Positions 20,219 through 29,951 of a DNA stretch of 64,000 bases are shown here, piece after piece. Position 1 is the first letter of the stretch. Each line of letters begins with the position of its first letter. The DNA is taken from NCBI GenBank assembly GCA_050947035.1, contig JBMNVW010000004.1:22433-86432 (forward strand), written 5' to 3'. The position numbers and the translations under genes were made by a program. The notes beneath the pieces are model-generated. The model saw only the letters and a list, made by a program, of their open reading frames with translations. It did no database searches and was not told where the DNA came from. The stretch is from Patescibacteria group bacterium (GTDB taxonomy: Bacteria > Patescibacteriota > Microgenomatia > 0-14-0-10-38-17).

Positions 20219-20677
20219 ATGCGTAAAGAAGTTGGCATTGCCATTATTTTAGGTTTTGCTTTGGGCTTATTAATTGTTGGGGGAATTTGGTGGACAGGTC
20301 AAAAAAATCAAGAAACGGCTAGTTCTCCTGATCAAGAAAAAGTTGAAAGAACTGATCCGGCCGATTCTGAAGCTCCATTAGAGGAATCGTCTGCTTCGGA
20401 AGAGTCTAGTGTTTTTGTTGATGTTAGTGCTCCAGAAGAGGGGGCTATTGTTGATCAAGATGAGGTTTTAGTTACCGGCCAAACCTTGCCTGAGGCGGTG
20501 GTGGTAATAATCTATCCAGAAGGAGAAACAATTGTTTTGGCCGATGAAGATGGTAATTTCAAAGGGACGGCTCTTCTTGTGGGGGGGGCCAACGAAATAA
20601 AAGTTACCGCCTATGATTATCAGGGCGATAAAAAAGAAGTCCTCTTGACGGTTGTCTATTCAACCGCTAAATTATAA
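20219..20677 (+). CDS. Membrane-anchored Ig-like domain protein
   Basis: N-terminal TM, acidic linker, P..G..V.G.T.P..ADEDGNF..L..GAN.I.VTAYD Ig-like pattern. Confidence 0.65.
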   Translation: MRKEVGIAIILGFALGLLIVGGIWWTGQKNQETASSPDQEKVERTDPADSEAPLEESSASEESSVFVDVSAPEEGAIVDQDEVLVTGQTLPEAVVVIIYPEGETIVLADEDGNFKGTALLVGGANEIKVTAYDYQGDKKEVLLTVVYSTAKL

Positions 20678-20679
20678 GG

Positions 20680-21384
20680 GTGATTAAAGTGCTTAAATTT
20701 AAACAAGCTAAACAAGTAGCGGCCTTGCTTTTATTTTTGGGTTTTTTTCTAGTGACCCCCATTGGTGCTGTTGAGGACGATAAGGAAAAGGCCGATTTGC
20801 TAAGGCAGGAAGTAGAGGCAATTTTAGCCGAGACCGATGATCAAGAAAGTAATCGCCTGCTTATTAAAAGAGCTTTTTGTGGTAACTTAATTTCTCATAA
20901 TAAAGAGGAGCAAGAGCTATCGATTGAGGTTCGTGATCAGGAAAAGAAAGCGGTTTATGACGACGAAACAGCAATGATAGGTATTGCCAGAGAGGCGATT
21001 AGCCCTCAAGACCTAGAAACCGGCAATTATTTGATTGCTATGGGATATGTTAGCCGTTTAGAGCCAGATCAACTAGAGGTAAAACGGTTAGTGGTTCAAG
21101 AAACTCCGGGACCAATTGTTAGAGAATCATTTTTTGGTTTGGTTGGCGATATTTCTTCTGAGGAAGAAGTTTTTGTTTTAACAAAAAAGGGGTTGGTTTT
21201 TGAAGTTTTAGCCGAAGAGGCAACGGTTAGCTATCAAGATGAAAATGGCCAGATTGTTGCTGCCGATATTGATCGTCTTGAAGAGCAAGATCGAGTTGTT
21301 GTTGTTGGTCAAAAACAGGTTGATAATGGTCAAATTAAAGCCAGTAAAGTTCACATAGTTGTTTCTGGTGATCTTCAAGAATAA
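20680..21384 (+). CDS. Exported acidic protein with two OB-like repeats (DUF5666-like)
   Basis: Signal peptide; two repeats ending DL..G..(L/V)..G..(A/V)..(L/V). Confidence 0.5.
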   Translation: MIKVLKFKQAKQVAALLLFLGFFLVTPIGAVEDDKEKADLLRQEVEAILAETDDQESNRLLIKRAFCGNLISHNKEEQELSIEVRDQEKKAVYDDETAMIGIAREAISPQDLETGNYLIAMGYVSRLEPDQLEVKRLVVQETPGPIVRESFFGLVGDISSEEEVFVLTKKGLVFEVLAEEATVSYQDENGQIVAADIDRLEEQDRVVVVGQKQVDNGQIKASKVHIVVSGDLQE

Positions 21385-21490
21385 GCATAGTCCTTCCCCG
21401 CCCATAATGTCCATAAATTTTTAAAAAAGCCGGATAATTGACTCTTCTCCCCTGTTAAAATGCGGTCTAATTTAGTAAAATCAAGTTATT

Positions 21491-22765
21491 ATGGTTTCCA
21501 AAGTTGTTAAACCAGTTAAAGGGACACGTGATTTTTATCCTTCCGATCAGGCTTGGCAAAATTGGCTTTATTTTAAGTCTAAGGCCATTAGCGAATCTTT
21601 TGGTTATCAAGAGTATGAGGGGCCGATTTTAGAGCCCTACTCGCTATATTTGGCTAAATCAGCCGAAGAGATTATCAAGAAGCAAGCCTTTATTATTCCC
21701 ACTAAGGATAAGCTAGACGAAACCAGTTTGGTTTTAAGGCCAGAGCTGACGCCAACCCTAGCCCGAATGGTAGCCACTAAAGAATATAATCTTGTTTTTC
21801 CTCTTCGTTGGTGGTCGTGGGGGCGTTTTTTCCGTTATGAGTCTCCTCAAAAAGGTCGGGGTCGAGAATTTTATCAGTGGAATCTTGATCTTTTGGGCCA
21901 AGATTGTCCTAACGCTGATGCAGAAATAATTGCTATTGGAATTAGATTTTTGGCTTCTTTAGGCTTTACCCCCGATGAAGTGGTAATTAAAGTTAATGAT
22001 CGAAAGTATTTAGATAGTAAGTTTAGCCTGATTAATATTCCTCAAGATAAAAAATTATCAGTTTTTCGAGTTATTGATAAAAAAGATAAGCTCTCTGAGT
22101 CCGATTTTTGTCTGATGTTGAAAAAAGAGGGCCTATCTAATCTTCAAATTGAGGATTTAGAATTAGCTATTAAAGATGACGATTATAGTCAAGAATCTCC
22201 CTGGTTAACAGAACTGTTTTCTTCTTTGGCTGATCTTGGTGTAGCCGACTGGGTCGATTTTGATCCGGCCATCGTTCGTGGTTTTGATTATTATACTGAC
22301 ACAGTTTTTGAAGCTCAGGCAAGAAATAATCAGGGACGATCCTTGTTTGGCGGCGGTCGTTACCAAAACTTGATTTCTGATGTTGGTGGCAAGAGAAAAA
22401 TTGGCGGGGTTGGTTTGGCTCTTGGCGACATGATGGTTTATGAATTGTTGTCGGATCTTGGCCGCTTACCTTCTTTATCGAACTTATCGGCTAAAGTTTT
22501 AATGACAGTTTTTAATGAGGAGATGTTTCGCTCCTCTTTGTTAGTGGCCGATCGAGTAAGAAGGGCAGGAATCAACTTAGAGGTTTATTTGGATTACAAT
22601 GATTCATTAACTAAACAGCTAGATTATGCTAATAAAAAAGGCTTTGATACTGTTCTTATTCTTGGTCCAGAAGAAAAGGCCTCGGGTCAAATAGTGATCA
22701 AAGATTTGTCCTCCGGTCAGCAAAAAAAAATTAAAGAGAAAAATTTGATTGAAGCCCTTCATTAA
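21491..22765 (+). CDS. hisS: Histidine-tRNA ligase
   Basis: KGTRDF, LRPELT..AR, FRYE.PQKGR.REF.Q, RGFDYYT, GGGRY. Confidence 0.97.
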   Translation: MVSKVVKPVKGTRDFYPSDQAWQNWLYFKSKAISESFGYQEYEGPILEPYSLYLAKSAEEIIKKQAFIIPTKDKLDETSLVLRPELTPTLARMVATKEYNLVFPLRWWSWGRFFRYESPQKGRGREFYQWNLDLLGQDCPNADAEIIAIGIRFLASLGFTPDEVVIKVNDRKYLDSKFSLINIPQDKKLSVFRVIDKKDKLSESDFCLMLKKEGLSNLQIEDLELAIKDDDYSQESPWLTELFSSLADLGVADWVDFDPAIVRGFDYYTDTVFEAQARNNQGRSLFGGGRYQNLISDVGGKRKIGGVGLALGDMMVYELLSDLGRLPSLSNLSAKVLMTVFNEEMFRSSLLVADRVRRAGINLEVYLDYNDSLTKQLDYANKKGFDTVLILGPEEKASGQIVIKDLSSGQQKKIKEKNLIEALH

Positions 22766-22814
22766 AAATAATTCTTAATTTATTTTTTAGTTTGTGTTAA
22801 AATAAGGCTCGCTT

Positions 22815-23114
22815 ATGACTAAAACCAAAAAAGATCAATACTATCCCCAGGCCAAAGTGATTTGTGCTTGCGGCAACGAATTCACAGTTGGTTCAACTAA
22901 GTCGGAAATAAAAGTTGATATTTGTTCTGCTTGTCATCCCTTTTTTACTGGCCAAATGAAATATGTTGATACCGGTGGTCGGGTGAAACGTTTTGAAGAT
23001 CGTCTAAATCAAGCCAAGAAACAACCGAAAAAAAATAAAAAATCTCGCCGAAAAGGACAATCTTCTACCACCTCAGTTAAAACTCTCAAAGAAATGCTTA
23101 AGCAAGCCAAATGA
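22815..23114 (+). CDS. rpmE: 50S ribosomal protein L31 (zinc type) with basic C-terminal extension
   Basis: [22 protein letters not shown]. Confidence 0.95.
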   Translation: MTKTKKDQYYPQAKVICACGNEFTVGSTKSEIKVDICSACHPFFTGQMKYVDTGGRVKRFEDRLNQAKKQPKKNKKSRRKGQSSTTSVKTLKEMLKQAK

Positions 23115-23346
23115 CAGTTGATAGCCGAAATCTCAAGTCTCAAAGTTCAAAGCTTTTAACCTAAAGCCTTTAAACTGAAAAGCAAAAGGGAATATTTAAA
23201 ATTATTCTAATTGACCTAATTATTTTAATTATTCTAATGAAATCCCAAAACACCAAAAACCCAATTGGGATTTGGAACTTGGAGTTTATTTGTAATTTGG
23301 GATTTGTTTGGAAATTGGATTAATTGGAAATTGGAAATTTAATAAG

Positions 23347-24051
23347 GTGTCTATTATTATTGAAATTCGTCCCGGTACTGGTGGTGATGAGGCCAAAATT
23401 TGGCAGCAAGATCTGTTGCGTATGTATCAACGTTTTGCTGTTCAAAGAGGCTGGCCAACTAAAATTTTACCCGATGGCAGACTAGAGATTAAGGGGGAAA
23501 ACGTTTTTGCTTTTTTAAAGCAAGAATCTGGTGTTCACCGGGTTCAGCGTGTTCCTCAAACAGAAAAACGAGGCCGAATTCACACCTCAACAGCTTCAGT
23601 TGTAGTTTTACCTAAAAAAGCCCAAAAAGAAATTGATATTGATTCGGCCGATTTAGAAGTCGAGTTTTTTCGAGCCGGTGGTCATGGTGGTCAAAATGTT
23701 AACAAAGTAGCGACGGCCGTACGCCTAAGGCATAAGCCAACTGGGGTCGTGGTTACTTCTCAATCAGAACGACGTCAATACCAAAATCGTCTTATCGCTC
23801 AAAACAAGCTTAAGGAAGAACTAAAGCGCCGTCGACAAACCTCAAAGAAAAATAATCAAAACCAAATTAGGCGGCAGTCAATTGGGGAAGCCCAAAGAGC
23901 CGAAAAAATTCGTACTTATAATTTTCCTCAAAATCGAGTTACTGACCACCGGTTAGGAAAATCTTGGCAAAATTTAGAACAAATTATTGACGGCGACTTA
24001 AAGAGAATTATTAAGGCTTTTCAAAAGAAGACTAAGTCTAAAAAGAATTAA
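23347..24051 (+). CDS. prfA: Peptide chain release factor 1, N-terminally truncated
   Basis: [24 protein letters not shown] (PxT, RF1 type), [18 protein letters not shown]; start uncertain (GTG 23347 or TTG 23308). Confidence 0.85.
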   Translation: MSIIIEIRPGTGGDEAKIWQQDLLRMYQRFAVQRGWPTKILPDGRLEIKGENVFAFLKQESGVHRVQRVPQTEKRGRIHTSTASVVVLPKKAQKEIDIDSADLEVEFFRAGGHGGQNVNKVATAVRLRHKPTGVVVTSQSERRQYQNRLIAQNKLKEELKRRRQTSKKNNQNQIRRQSIGEAQRAEKIRTYNFPQNRVTDHRLGKSWQNLEQIIDGDLKRIIKAFQKKTKSKKN

Positions 24052-24060
24052 ATAGGGGAC

Positions 24061-25212
24061 CTATTGGCTTTTAAGGTGGATTTTGATCTCTTGGTTTTGG
24101 CCATCTCGCCAGATCTTGATAGTGATAGTATCGCCGACCTTTTTTTGATTGATAATTTCAGCTACACTTTGACCGGACTCTTCAATTTTTTTATTCTCAA
24201 TTTCGGTAATAATGTCTCCAGGTTTAAGGCCAGCTTCGGCCGCTGAGGAGTTGGTAACGACTTCGATAATGTAGGCCCCCTCGGGAATTTCATTTAGAAT
24301 AGCCGCCTTTTGGGTAATAAGAGAATAGCGAATCCCTAAAAATGGTCGAACAAATTCGCCGGTTTGATAAAAGTTGTCAAGCATGCTTTTGGCGATATTG
24401 ATGGGAATAGCAAAGCCAATATTTTGCGCCCCTTGAGCCACAGCAACATTAATTCCAATTACCTGGCCGGCTGAATTGATTAAGGGGCCGCCAGAATTGC
24501 CAGGATTAATGGCCGCATCAGTTTGAATAACATTATCCAGCTCTTCAACATAACCAGCAAAGGGAGACCCGGCCACCACGCCTCGACCTAGGCCAGAGAT
24601 CACTCCAGTAGTAACGGTATGACGAAATTCTCCCAAGGCCGTCCCAATTGCTAGAGCGAATTGGCCGACTTTTAAGTTATCGGAATTGCCCAGTTCTGTT
24701 GTCGGTAAGTTTTGACCATTAATTTTCAAAATAGCTAAATCGTTAGAGGGATCACGATAGATGTTTTGCACCTCAAAAGTTTGGTTATCGGTAGTGATAA
24801 TTCGATATTGGGCCTCAAGGTCGGAGACAACGTGTTTGTTGGTAATGATTAACCCATTAGAATCAACGATAAAGCCAGTGCCGATATCTTGCTCGATTTG
24901 TTGTTCTTGGTTTTCAAAAAAAGAAAAGGGGTCAAAGGGGTTAAAGGTGGAAAAACGCTCAAGTTTGCTAATGCCGATGGTGACTACTGCTCCGGAATTC
25001 TTTTCGACAATATCAATTACCATCGATTCTTCTTGGATGATTTTGTTGGTAACAGTTGAAGACGGGGTCGCCTGTCTGGGCCACCAAGTGTCGAGAAAAG
25101 AATAACCCACCAGACGATCAAAAACTGCCCCTGACAAAACAGCGGCCAATAACAGAAAAAATATAACAAAATAAGAAAGAAACGGTTTTTTATCTGATCT
25201 CTTGGTTAACAT
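24061..25212 (-). CDS. HtrA/DegP-like serine protease with PDZ domain
   Basis: TNKHVV, DLAILK, QTDAAINPGNSGGPL, C-terminal PDZ. Confidence 0.95.
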   Translation of the reverse strand: MLTKRSDKKPFLSYFVIFFLLLAAVLSGAVFDRLVGYSFLDTWWPRQATPSSTVTNKIIQEESMVIDIVEKNSGAVVTIGISKLERFSTFNPFDPFSFFENQEQQIEQDIGTGFIVDSNGLIITNKHVVSDLEAQYRIITTDNQTFEVQNIYRDPSNDLAILKINGQNLPTTELGNSDNLKVGQFALAIGTALGEFRHTVTTGVISGLGRGVVAGSPFAGYVEELDNVIQTDAAINPGNSGGPLINSAGQVIGINVAVAQGAQNIGFAIPINIAKSMLDNFYQTGEFVRPFLGIRYSLITQKAAILNEIPEGAYIIEVVTNSSAAEAGLKPGDIITEIENKKIEESGQSVAEIINQKKVGDTITIKIWRDGQNQEIKIHLKSQ

Positions 25213-25234
25213 TTTTGGTCTTTTTTAATATACT

Positions 25235-26458
25235 TTAGAGAGCCAATAATTGATCAAGGGCGGTCTCTAACATTTCATCTTCTTCGTTTTCAAAATTATC
25301 CTCAATTTTAATATCAGGTTCAATTCCCTTTTGGTGGATTTCTTCACCAGAAGGTAACAACCAGCGGGCGATGGTAATGTGAATAGAAGAATTGTCAGTC
25401 AACTCTTTTGATTGTTGAATTGTTCCTTTTCCAAAGGTAGTTTGGCCGATGATAATTACTCCTCTTTGTTCTCTTAAAGCTCCAGCAACAATTTCTGCCG
25501 CTGAGGCACTACCCTGATTAACAATAATTACCAGAGGATCGGTGGTTAATTTTCCTTTTCGATTGACGGAGAAAGTTTGTCGATCGCCGAGACTGCTTTC
25601 TTGATGAACAATTGCCCCCTGCTCAAGAAATTCTGAGGCGACATAAATAGCCCCATCTAAATAACCTCCGGGATTGTTTCTCAAGTCTAAAATAAGACCA
25701 GAAAAGCTGTTACCATTTTGACTTTTTATTAATTCGATTTCTTTAACGACCTCATCCCATTGCTCAATCGTATTGTCGCCAAAACGAGCCAGACCAATAT
25801 GGATTATCCGTTTACCATCTCGATTAATTTCTTCTAGAATGACCCGGGGAACAACAATTTCATCACGAACAAGATCGGTCTCAATTGGCTTGTTTTCTCC
25901 CTCTCTGATTAAGGTAAGGGTTACTTTAGAATCTTTTGGTCCACGAATGATTTCTACTGCTTCTGCCAAGGATAAGTCTAGCGAATCTCGATCGATATTT
26001 TTATTTTCGTCTTTGATATGGACAATTAAATCACCCGGTCTTATTCCCGACTTTTGGGCCGGAGTCCCCTCCAGCGGGGCAATAACGGCCAATTGGTTGT
26101 TTTTATAACCTAATTCAATGCCCACTCCACCAAAACTGCCAGCCATGTCTTCTTTAAATTTTTCATTGTCTTCGGGGGGGAGAAAAACGGTGTAAGGATC
26201 ACCCAAAGCCGCCACCATGCCCTTGACGGAACCATAGAGAAGATTTTTTTGATCATTTAATTGGTCTTTTTCTAAATAAAGTTGGTCGAGGAGATGATAA
26301 ACTTCTGAGAAGAGGTTGGACTGGATAAAACCCAATGGGGCTGATTGATTAAATTTAATTTGGGGGGAATAAATTTGGCTTATTCTCCAGCCAGCCCCAA
26401 AAGAAAGAAACACTAGAGCCAGCAAGAGGATAAAATTTCGTAATTTTTTAATAGTCAT
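25235..26458 (-). CDS. S41 C-terminal processing protease (CtpA-like)
   Basis: LGDPYT, PDZ, LDLRNNPGG, SASAAEI, TFGKG. Confidence 0.95.
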   Translation of the reverse strand: MTIKKLRNFILLLALVFLSFGAGWRISQIYSPQIKFNQSAPLGFIQSNLFSEVYHLLDQLYLEKDQLNDQKNLLYGSVKGMVAALGDPYTVFLPPEDNEKFKEDMAGSFGGVGIELGYKNNQLAVIAPLEGTPAQKSGIRPGDLIVHIKDENKNIDRDSLDLSLAEAVEIIRGPKDSKVTLTLIREGENKPIETDLVRDEIVVPRVILEEINRDGKRIIHIGLARFGDNTIEQWDEVVKEIELIKSQNGNSFSGLILDLRNNPGGYLDGAIYVASEFLEQGAIVHQESSLGDRQTFSVNRKGKLTTDPLVIIVNQGSASAAEIVAGALREQRGVIIIGQTTFGKGTIQQSKELTDNSSIHITIARWLLPSGEEIHQKGIEPDIKIEDNFENEEDEMLETALDQLLAL

Positions 26459-27189
26459 TCTTCTAAAATAGCTAATTTTTTTTGTTGGATATCAATAATT
26501 ACCCAACGATCGATAAAATTTTTTAATTCTTTTATTTGTTTTAATTCCAACCAAACGATGGTCAGATCGTCCAAGCCATCCTTACTTAGTTTAATTTTAT
26601 CAGGACCAATGATAGCTAAAGAACCAATAGCCTGGGCTTTATTAATTAGGGCCGGGAACAGTTGATTAGTTAAAACAACTTTTTTTTGGTATTGGCCGCT
26701 AAGGGCAGTTAGAGCTCCACCATGAAAGGCTAATTGTCCAAAAACATTATCACCCCAAGACTTTTTAAAACCAAGAACCTTTTCGGCTTTAATTTTGATA
26801 GTGACTCCTTCTTGGGTAATTTCTTCCACCTTTCCAGGAAATGGCGAGAGAAGATCACGACTTTCTTTGGTGACTTCGATAGTTAAAAGGCCGGTGTTAT
26901 TGTCAAAGGCGAAAATTTGTCCGGCCACCGGGGAAGGAACAGAGACTTTTTTGAAGAGATTTTTGGTTTCGGCAATAATCTTGTCTTTGGAGATTTTTTC
27001 ACCCAAATTAACCAAGAGACAAGAAGAGGTTTTTTTAGCGGAGATTTCTAATTTTTTAGCGAGGTTAATTTTGTGTTTTTCAAAACGATTAAAGGTGGCC
27101 ACCTTTTGGCCTTTATCAACCTTATCCCCTTTTTTGACTAGGGTTTTAGTTTTTTTGGGCAAGGGAAGAAAAAAAGAAAAATTAGCCAT
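26455..27189 (-). CDS. Hypothetical protein with barrel-sandwich hybrid repeats
   Basis: LVKKGDKVDKGQKVA, VPSPVAG, LLSPFPGKV motifs. Confidence 0.55.
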   Translation of the reverse strand: MANFSFFLPLPKKTKTLVKKGDKVDKGQKVATFNRFEKHKINLAKKLEISAKKTSSCLLVNLGEKISKDKIIAETKNLFKKVSVPSPVAGQIFAFDNNTGLLTIEVTKESRDLLSPFPGKVEEITQEGVTIKIKAEKVLGFKKSWGDNVFGQLAFHGGALTALSGQYQKKVVLTNQLFPALINKAQAIGSLAIIGPDKIKLSKDGLDDLTIVWLELKQIKELKNFIDRWVIIDIQQKKLAILEE

Positions 27190-27206
27190 TTTGGCTCTTT
27201 ATTGGA

Positions 27207-27449
27207 TTAATGGATTTTACTAACAAAAGGAATTAGGGCCAAGTGTCGTGCCTGTTTGATGGCTTTAGTTAATTTTCTTTGATGTTTGGCACAAACACCG
27301 GTATATTCGCGAGAGGCGATTTTTTTTCTTTCGGTAATAAAATTATTAAGAATTTCGACCTCCTTATAGTTGGGAACAGTGCCGTTTTGACAAAAAAAGC
27401 ATTTTTTTTTCGTTACTGATTTTTTTCTGTGAAAATTTCTTCTAGCCAT
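27207..27449 (-). CDS. rpsR: 30S ribosomal protein S18 (zinc type)
   Basis: CFFC..YK..L..FITER.KI..R..TGVCAKHQR.L..AIK.AR.LAL.PF. Confidence 0.97.
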   Translation of the reverse strand: MARRNFHRKKSVTKKKCFFCQNGTVPNYKEVEILNNFITERKKIASREYTGVCAKHQRKLTKAIKQARHLALIPFVSKIH

Positions 27450-27460
27450 AATTTTAATTT

Positions 27461-27946
27461 TTAAAAAGGAATGTCGCTGGTATCAACTTTTTCTTTATTT
27501 GTTTTTTTGGTTTTTTTTGGTTGAGATTTTTCTTCTTTTTTAGTTTCTTTAGAAGAAGAGCCTTCGTTTTGATCGTTTTTATCTTTTCCCTCTGGTGATC
27601 GACGGGAATCCAAAATCATCATTTCTGAAATAACCACTTCAGTAGTTTGTCTGGTGTTGCCTTCTTGGTCTTCCCACCGCCTGGTTTGCAATCTTCCCTC
27701 AACGTAAACTTTTCTTCCCTTAAATAAAAGTTGAGAACAGATTTCGGCTAATTTGTCCCAAGAGACAATTCGATGAAAAGAAACGTCTTCTTTTTTTTCT
27801 CCTTGGTCAGTAGTCCAGCTGCGGTTGGTAGCTAAGCCAAAGGAGCAAACTGCCGTACCCTTGCTAGTATAGCGCAACTCTGGATCTCGAGTTAAGTTGC
27901 CGATTAACATTACCTTGTTGAGAGAACGAGTACTCAAATTATTCAC
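27461..27946 (-). CDS. ssb: Single-stranded DNA-binding protein
   Basis: LNKVMLIGNLTRDPELRYT, KGRKVYVEGRLQTR, C-terminal DIPF. Confidence 0.97.
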   Translation of the reverse strand: MNNLSTRSLNKVMLIGNLTRDPELRYTSKGTAVCSFGLATNRSWTTDQGEKKEDVSFHRIVSWDKLAEICSQLLFKGRKVYVEGRLQTRRWEDQEGNTRQTTEVVISEMMILDSRRSPEGKDKNDQNEGSSSKETKKEEKSQPKKTKKTNKEKVDTSDIPF

Positions 27947-27951
27947 ACCCC

Positions 27952-28242
27952 CTATTCAATGACTATTAACAAATGTCTAATAATATTGTCGTTTAATTTT
28001 AAAATATTGTCAAGACGGCTAATTTTACTGGGGTCGGCCTCAAAGGCGAACCAATAATAGTAGGCGGTTGTTTCTTTTTGGATTGGGTAGGCCAAGTTTT
28101 TTTTACCCCAACTCTCCTCTTTCTTGATTTTACCGATATCCCCAAGAGCTTTTTTAATTTTTTCTAAATCTGCTTCTCCCTTTTTAGTTTTAGGGTTGAG
28201 ACAAGTAATAATTGTCAGCTCGTATTTTTTGTTTTTTGTCAT
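27952..28242 (-). CDS. rpsF: 30S ribosomal protein S6
   Basis: KYEL..WGKK.LAYPI.K..Y..IIRHL; rpsF-ssb-rpsR order. Confidence 0.93.
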   Translation of the reverse strand: MTKNKKYELTIITCLNPKTKKGEADLEKIKKALGDIGKIKKEESWGKKNLAYPIQKETTAYYYWFAFEADPSKISRLDNILKLNDNIIRHLLIVIE

Positions 28243-28352
28243 AGTGATGATGATATCACGAGGCTAATTGTTTCACAAGGTTTTTTTGATTTTGAGTGTT
28301 GACTTTATGGCCTTTTTGTTTTTAATATACTGCTAATTCTTTTTAGCGGTTT

Positions 28353-28853
28353 ATGAACCGGGTTCAAATTGATCGGGCTAACTTGGCCGACATTTCTACT
28401 ATTAGCGAGATTAAGAAAAAGGTTTGGTTAACAACCTATCCTAATTTGATTGCCGGTATTGACAAAAAGGATGTTTTGGCCAAGGATTTTAATCAGGAAG
28501 AACGACAACGCCCCCGAAACATAAAAAGCAAGAATTGGCGTTATTGGTTGGCCAAAAAAGATGGTCGGGTTGTTGGTTATCTTTGTGCGATTAAGAAAAA
28601 GAATAATCGGGGAGCAATAAAGTTAATTCATGTTTTGCCCGAATGCCAAGGAGAGGGTCTTGGTTCGGCCCTATTTCGTCAAGCTCTAAATTGGTTATCT
28701 GGTCGGAAGGTTTTTTTGCAAGTTGCCAAAGACAACTTTGCCGCCATTGAGTTTTATAAAAAATTTAACTTTTCTCTAGTTGGCCAAGGGGAGTCAATTA
28801 AAATTGGCAACAAAAAAATAGAGACTTTAAAAATGATGAAAGACAACACTTGA
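28353..28853 (+). CDS. GNAT family N-acetyltransferase
   Basis: IHVLPECQGEGLGSAL (motif A), N..AIEFYKK.F. Confidence 0.88.
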   Translation: MNRVQIDRANLADISTISEIKKKVWLTTYPNLIAGIDKKDVLAKDFNQEERQRPRNIKSKNWRYWLAKKDGRVVGYLCAIKKKNNRGAIKLIHVLPECQGEGLGSALFRQALNWLSGRKVFLQVAKDNFAAIEFYKKFNFSLVGQGESIKIGNKKIETLKMMKDNT

Positions 28854-28878
28854 CAGTACTATAAGTCAATGTTATAAT
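28850..28878 (+). promoter_or_regulatory. Consensus sigma70 promoter
   Basis: TTGACA-17 nt-TATAAT. Confidence 0.8.
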
Positions 28879-28885
28879 TCAAGAT

Positions 28886-28933
28886 AGATCCTGGGGTAGC
28901 TTTATTTATTAAAGCAGACTCTGGGATTTTTTT
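28886..28933 (+). terminator. Leader hairpin plus U-tract (attenuator or small RNA)
   Basis: 12-bp stem with 4 G-U pairs, 6-bp upper stem, then T7; lies immediately after the promoter. Confidence 0.6.
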
Positions 28934-29026
28934 ATGGGTTAGATTTATTTGTTATAGGGTTATTTGATTAATGATTATTTGTTTTTTGATCCGAAATTTT
29001 TTAGAATGTTTACTTTTGAGGAAAAA

Positions 29027-29575
29027 ATGTTTAAGAAAATTTTTTTTGCTAGCTTAGTTGGTTTTATATTTTTAGGGCTTTTGGCTAAATCCCAAAGAGC
29101 CATAGCCGCTGGTGCCAAAGAGGCTGGTGCTTCAGCTCAAGCGGTTTTTTTAGAAGTTGAGCCGGAAAAATCTTCAGATCCGCGGCTAGTTAAGCTAGAT
29201 ACTTTTTTGGTTGCCAAAACCTCTCCTCTTGCCGATTATACTAAAGACTTTATTTTTTTTGCTGATCAATTTGATATTGATTGGCGGCTTTTACCGGCTA
29301 TTACCGGTATTGAGTCAAGCTTTGGTAAAATTATTCCCGCTGGTTCTTATAATGCTTATGGTTGGGGTAATGGTAAGATTTATTTTTCTTCTTGGCCGGA
29401 GTCAATTGAGGTAGTTAGTCGGGCCTTGTCAGAAAAATATTATCAAAAAGGTTTAGATACACCGGAAAAAATTGGTCCGGTTTATGCTCCTCCTAGCCCC
29501 GATTGGGCCGGTAAAATCAGGGCGGTTATGAATCAAATTGACCAGGTCAAACTTCCTCCGGAGCCCAAATTCTAA
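29027..29575 (+). CDS. Exported lysozyme-like/glucosaminidase-domain protein
   Basis: Signal peptide; DWRLLPAITGIES..YNAYGWG..FSSW..YAPPS; paralog of 15352; GAGG before ATG 29027. Confidence 0.7.
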   Translation: MFKKIFFASLVGFIFLGLLAKSQRAIAAGAKEAGASAQAVFLEVEPEKSSDPRLVKLDTFLVAKTSPLADYTKDFIFFADQFDIDWRLLPAITGIESSFGKIIPAGSYNAYGWGNGKIYFSSWPESIEVVSRALSEKYYQKGLDTPEKIGPVYAPPSPDWAGKIRAVMNQIDQVKLPPEPKF

Positions 29576-29700
29576 TGTTTTTTTGTGTATAATTAAGTAG
29601 GATTAATTGATCCGGCTGATAGGTAAACACTGGAGAAAGCAAAAAAATTGTGGTGATTTTTAGTCTAAAGTCTAAATACCAACAACTAAAGACCAAGTTG

Positions 29701-29782
29701 GCCGAAGTGGCGGAACTGGCAGACGCGCACGGTTTAGGACCGTGTGGGGCAACCCGTGGGAGTTCAAATCTCCCCTTCGGCA
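29701..29782 (+). tRNA. tRNA-Leu(TAG)
   Basis: GCCGAAG..CACGG-TTTAGGA-CCGTG, long variable arm, GTTCAAATC..CTTCGGCA. Confidence 0.95.
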
Positions 29783-29867
29783 CGAGGATTTTTGAGAACA
29801 ATAATATATAATAATATTATTAATTTTTAGCCTAAAGACTAAAGACCAACGACTAAAGACTAAATTG

Positions 29868-29951
29868 GCCGCGGTGTTGGAACTGGCAGACAAGCAGCAC
29901 TTAAAATGCTGTGGGAGCAATCCCGTGAGGGTTCGATTCCCTCCCGCGGCA
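29868..29951 (+). tRNA. tRNA-Leu(TAA)
   Basis: GCCGCGG..CAGCA-CTTAAAA-TGCTG, long variable arm, GTTCGATTC..CCGCGGCA. Confidence 0.95.

Noticed and set aside
23237-23346. Upstream ATG ORF (28 aa) ending in TAA that might frameshift into prfA, as in prfB
   Set aside because: It would need a -1 shift, there is no CTT-TGA site or internal SD, and the peptide is simply the translated heptamer tract; unsupported without conservation data.
29547-29920. Minus-strand ORFs of 84 and 82 aa resembling each other
   Set aside because: Antisense translations of the two tRNA-Leu genes and their duplicated leaders.
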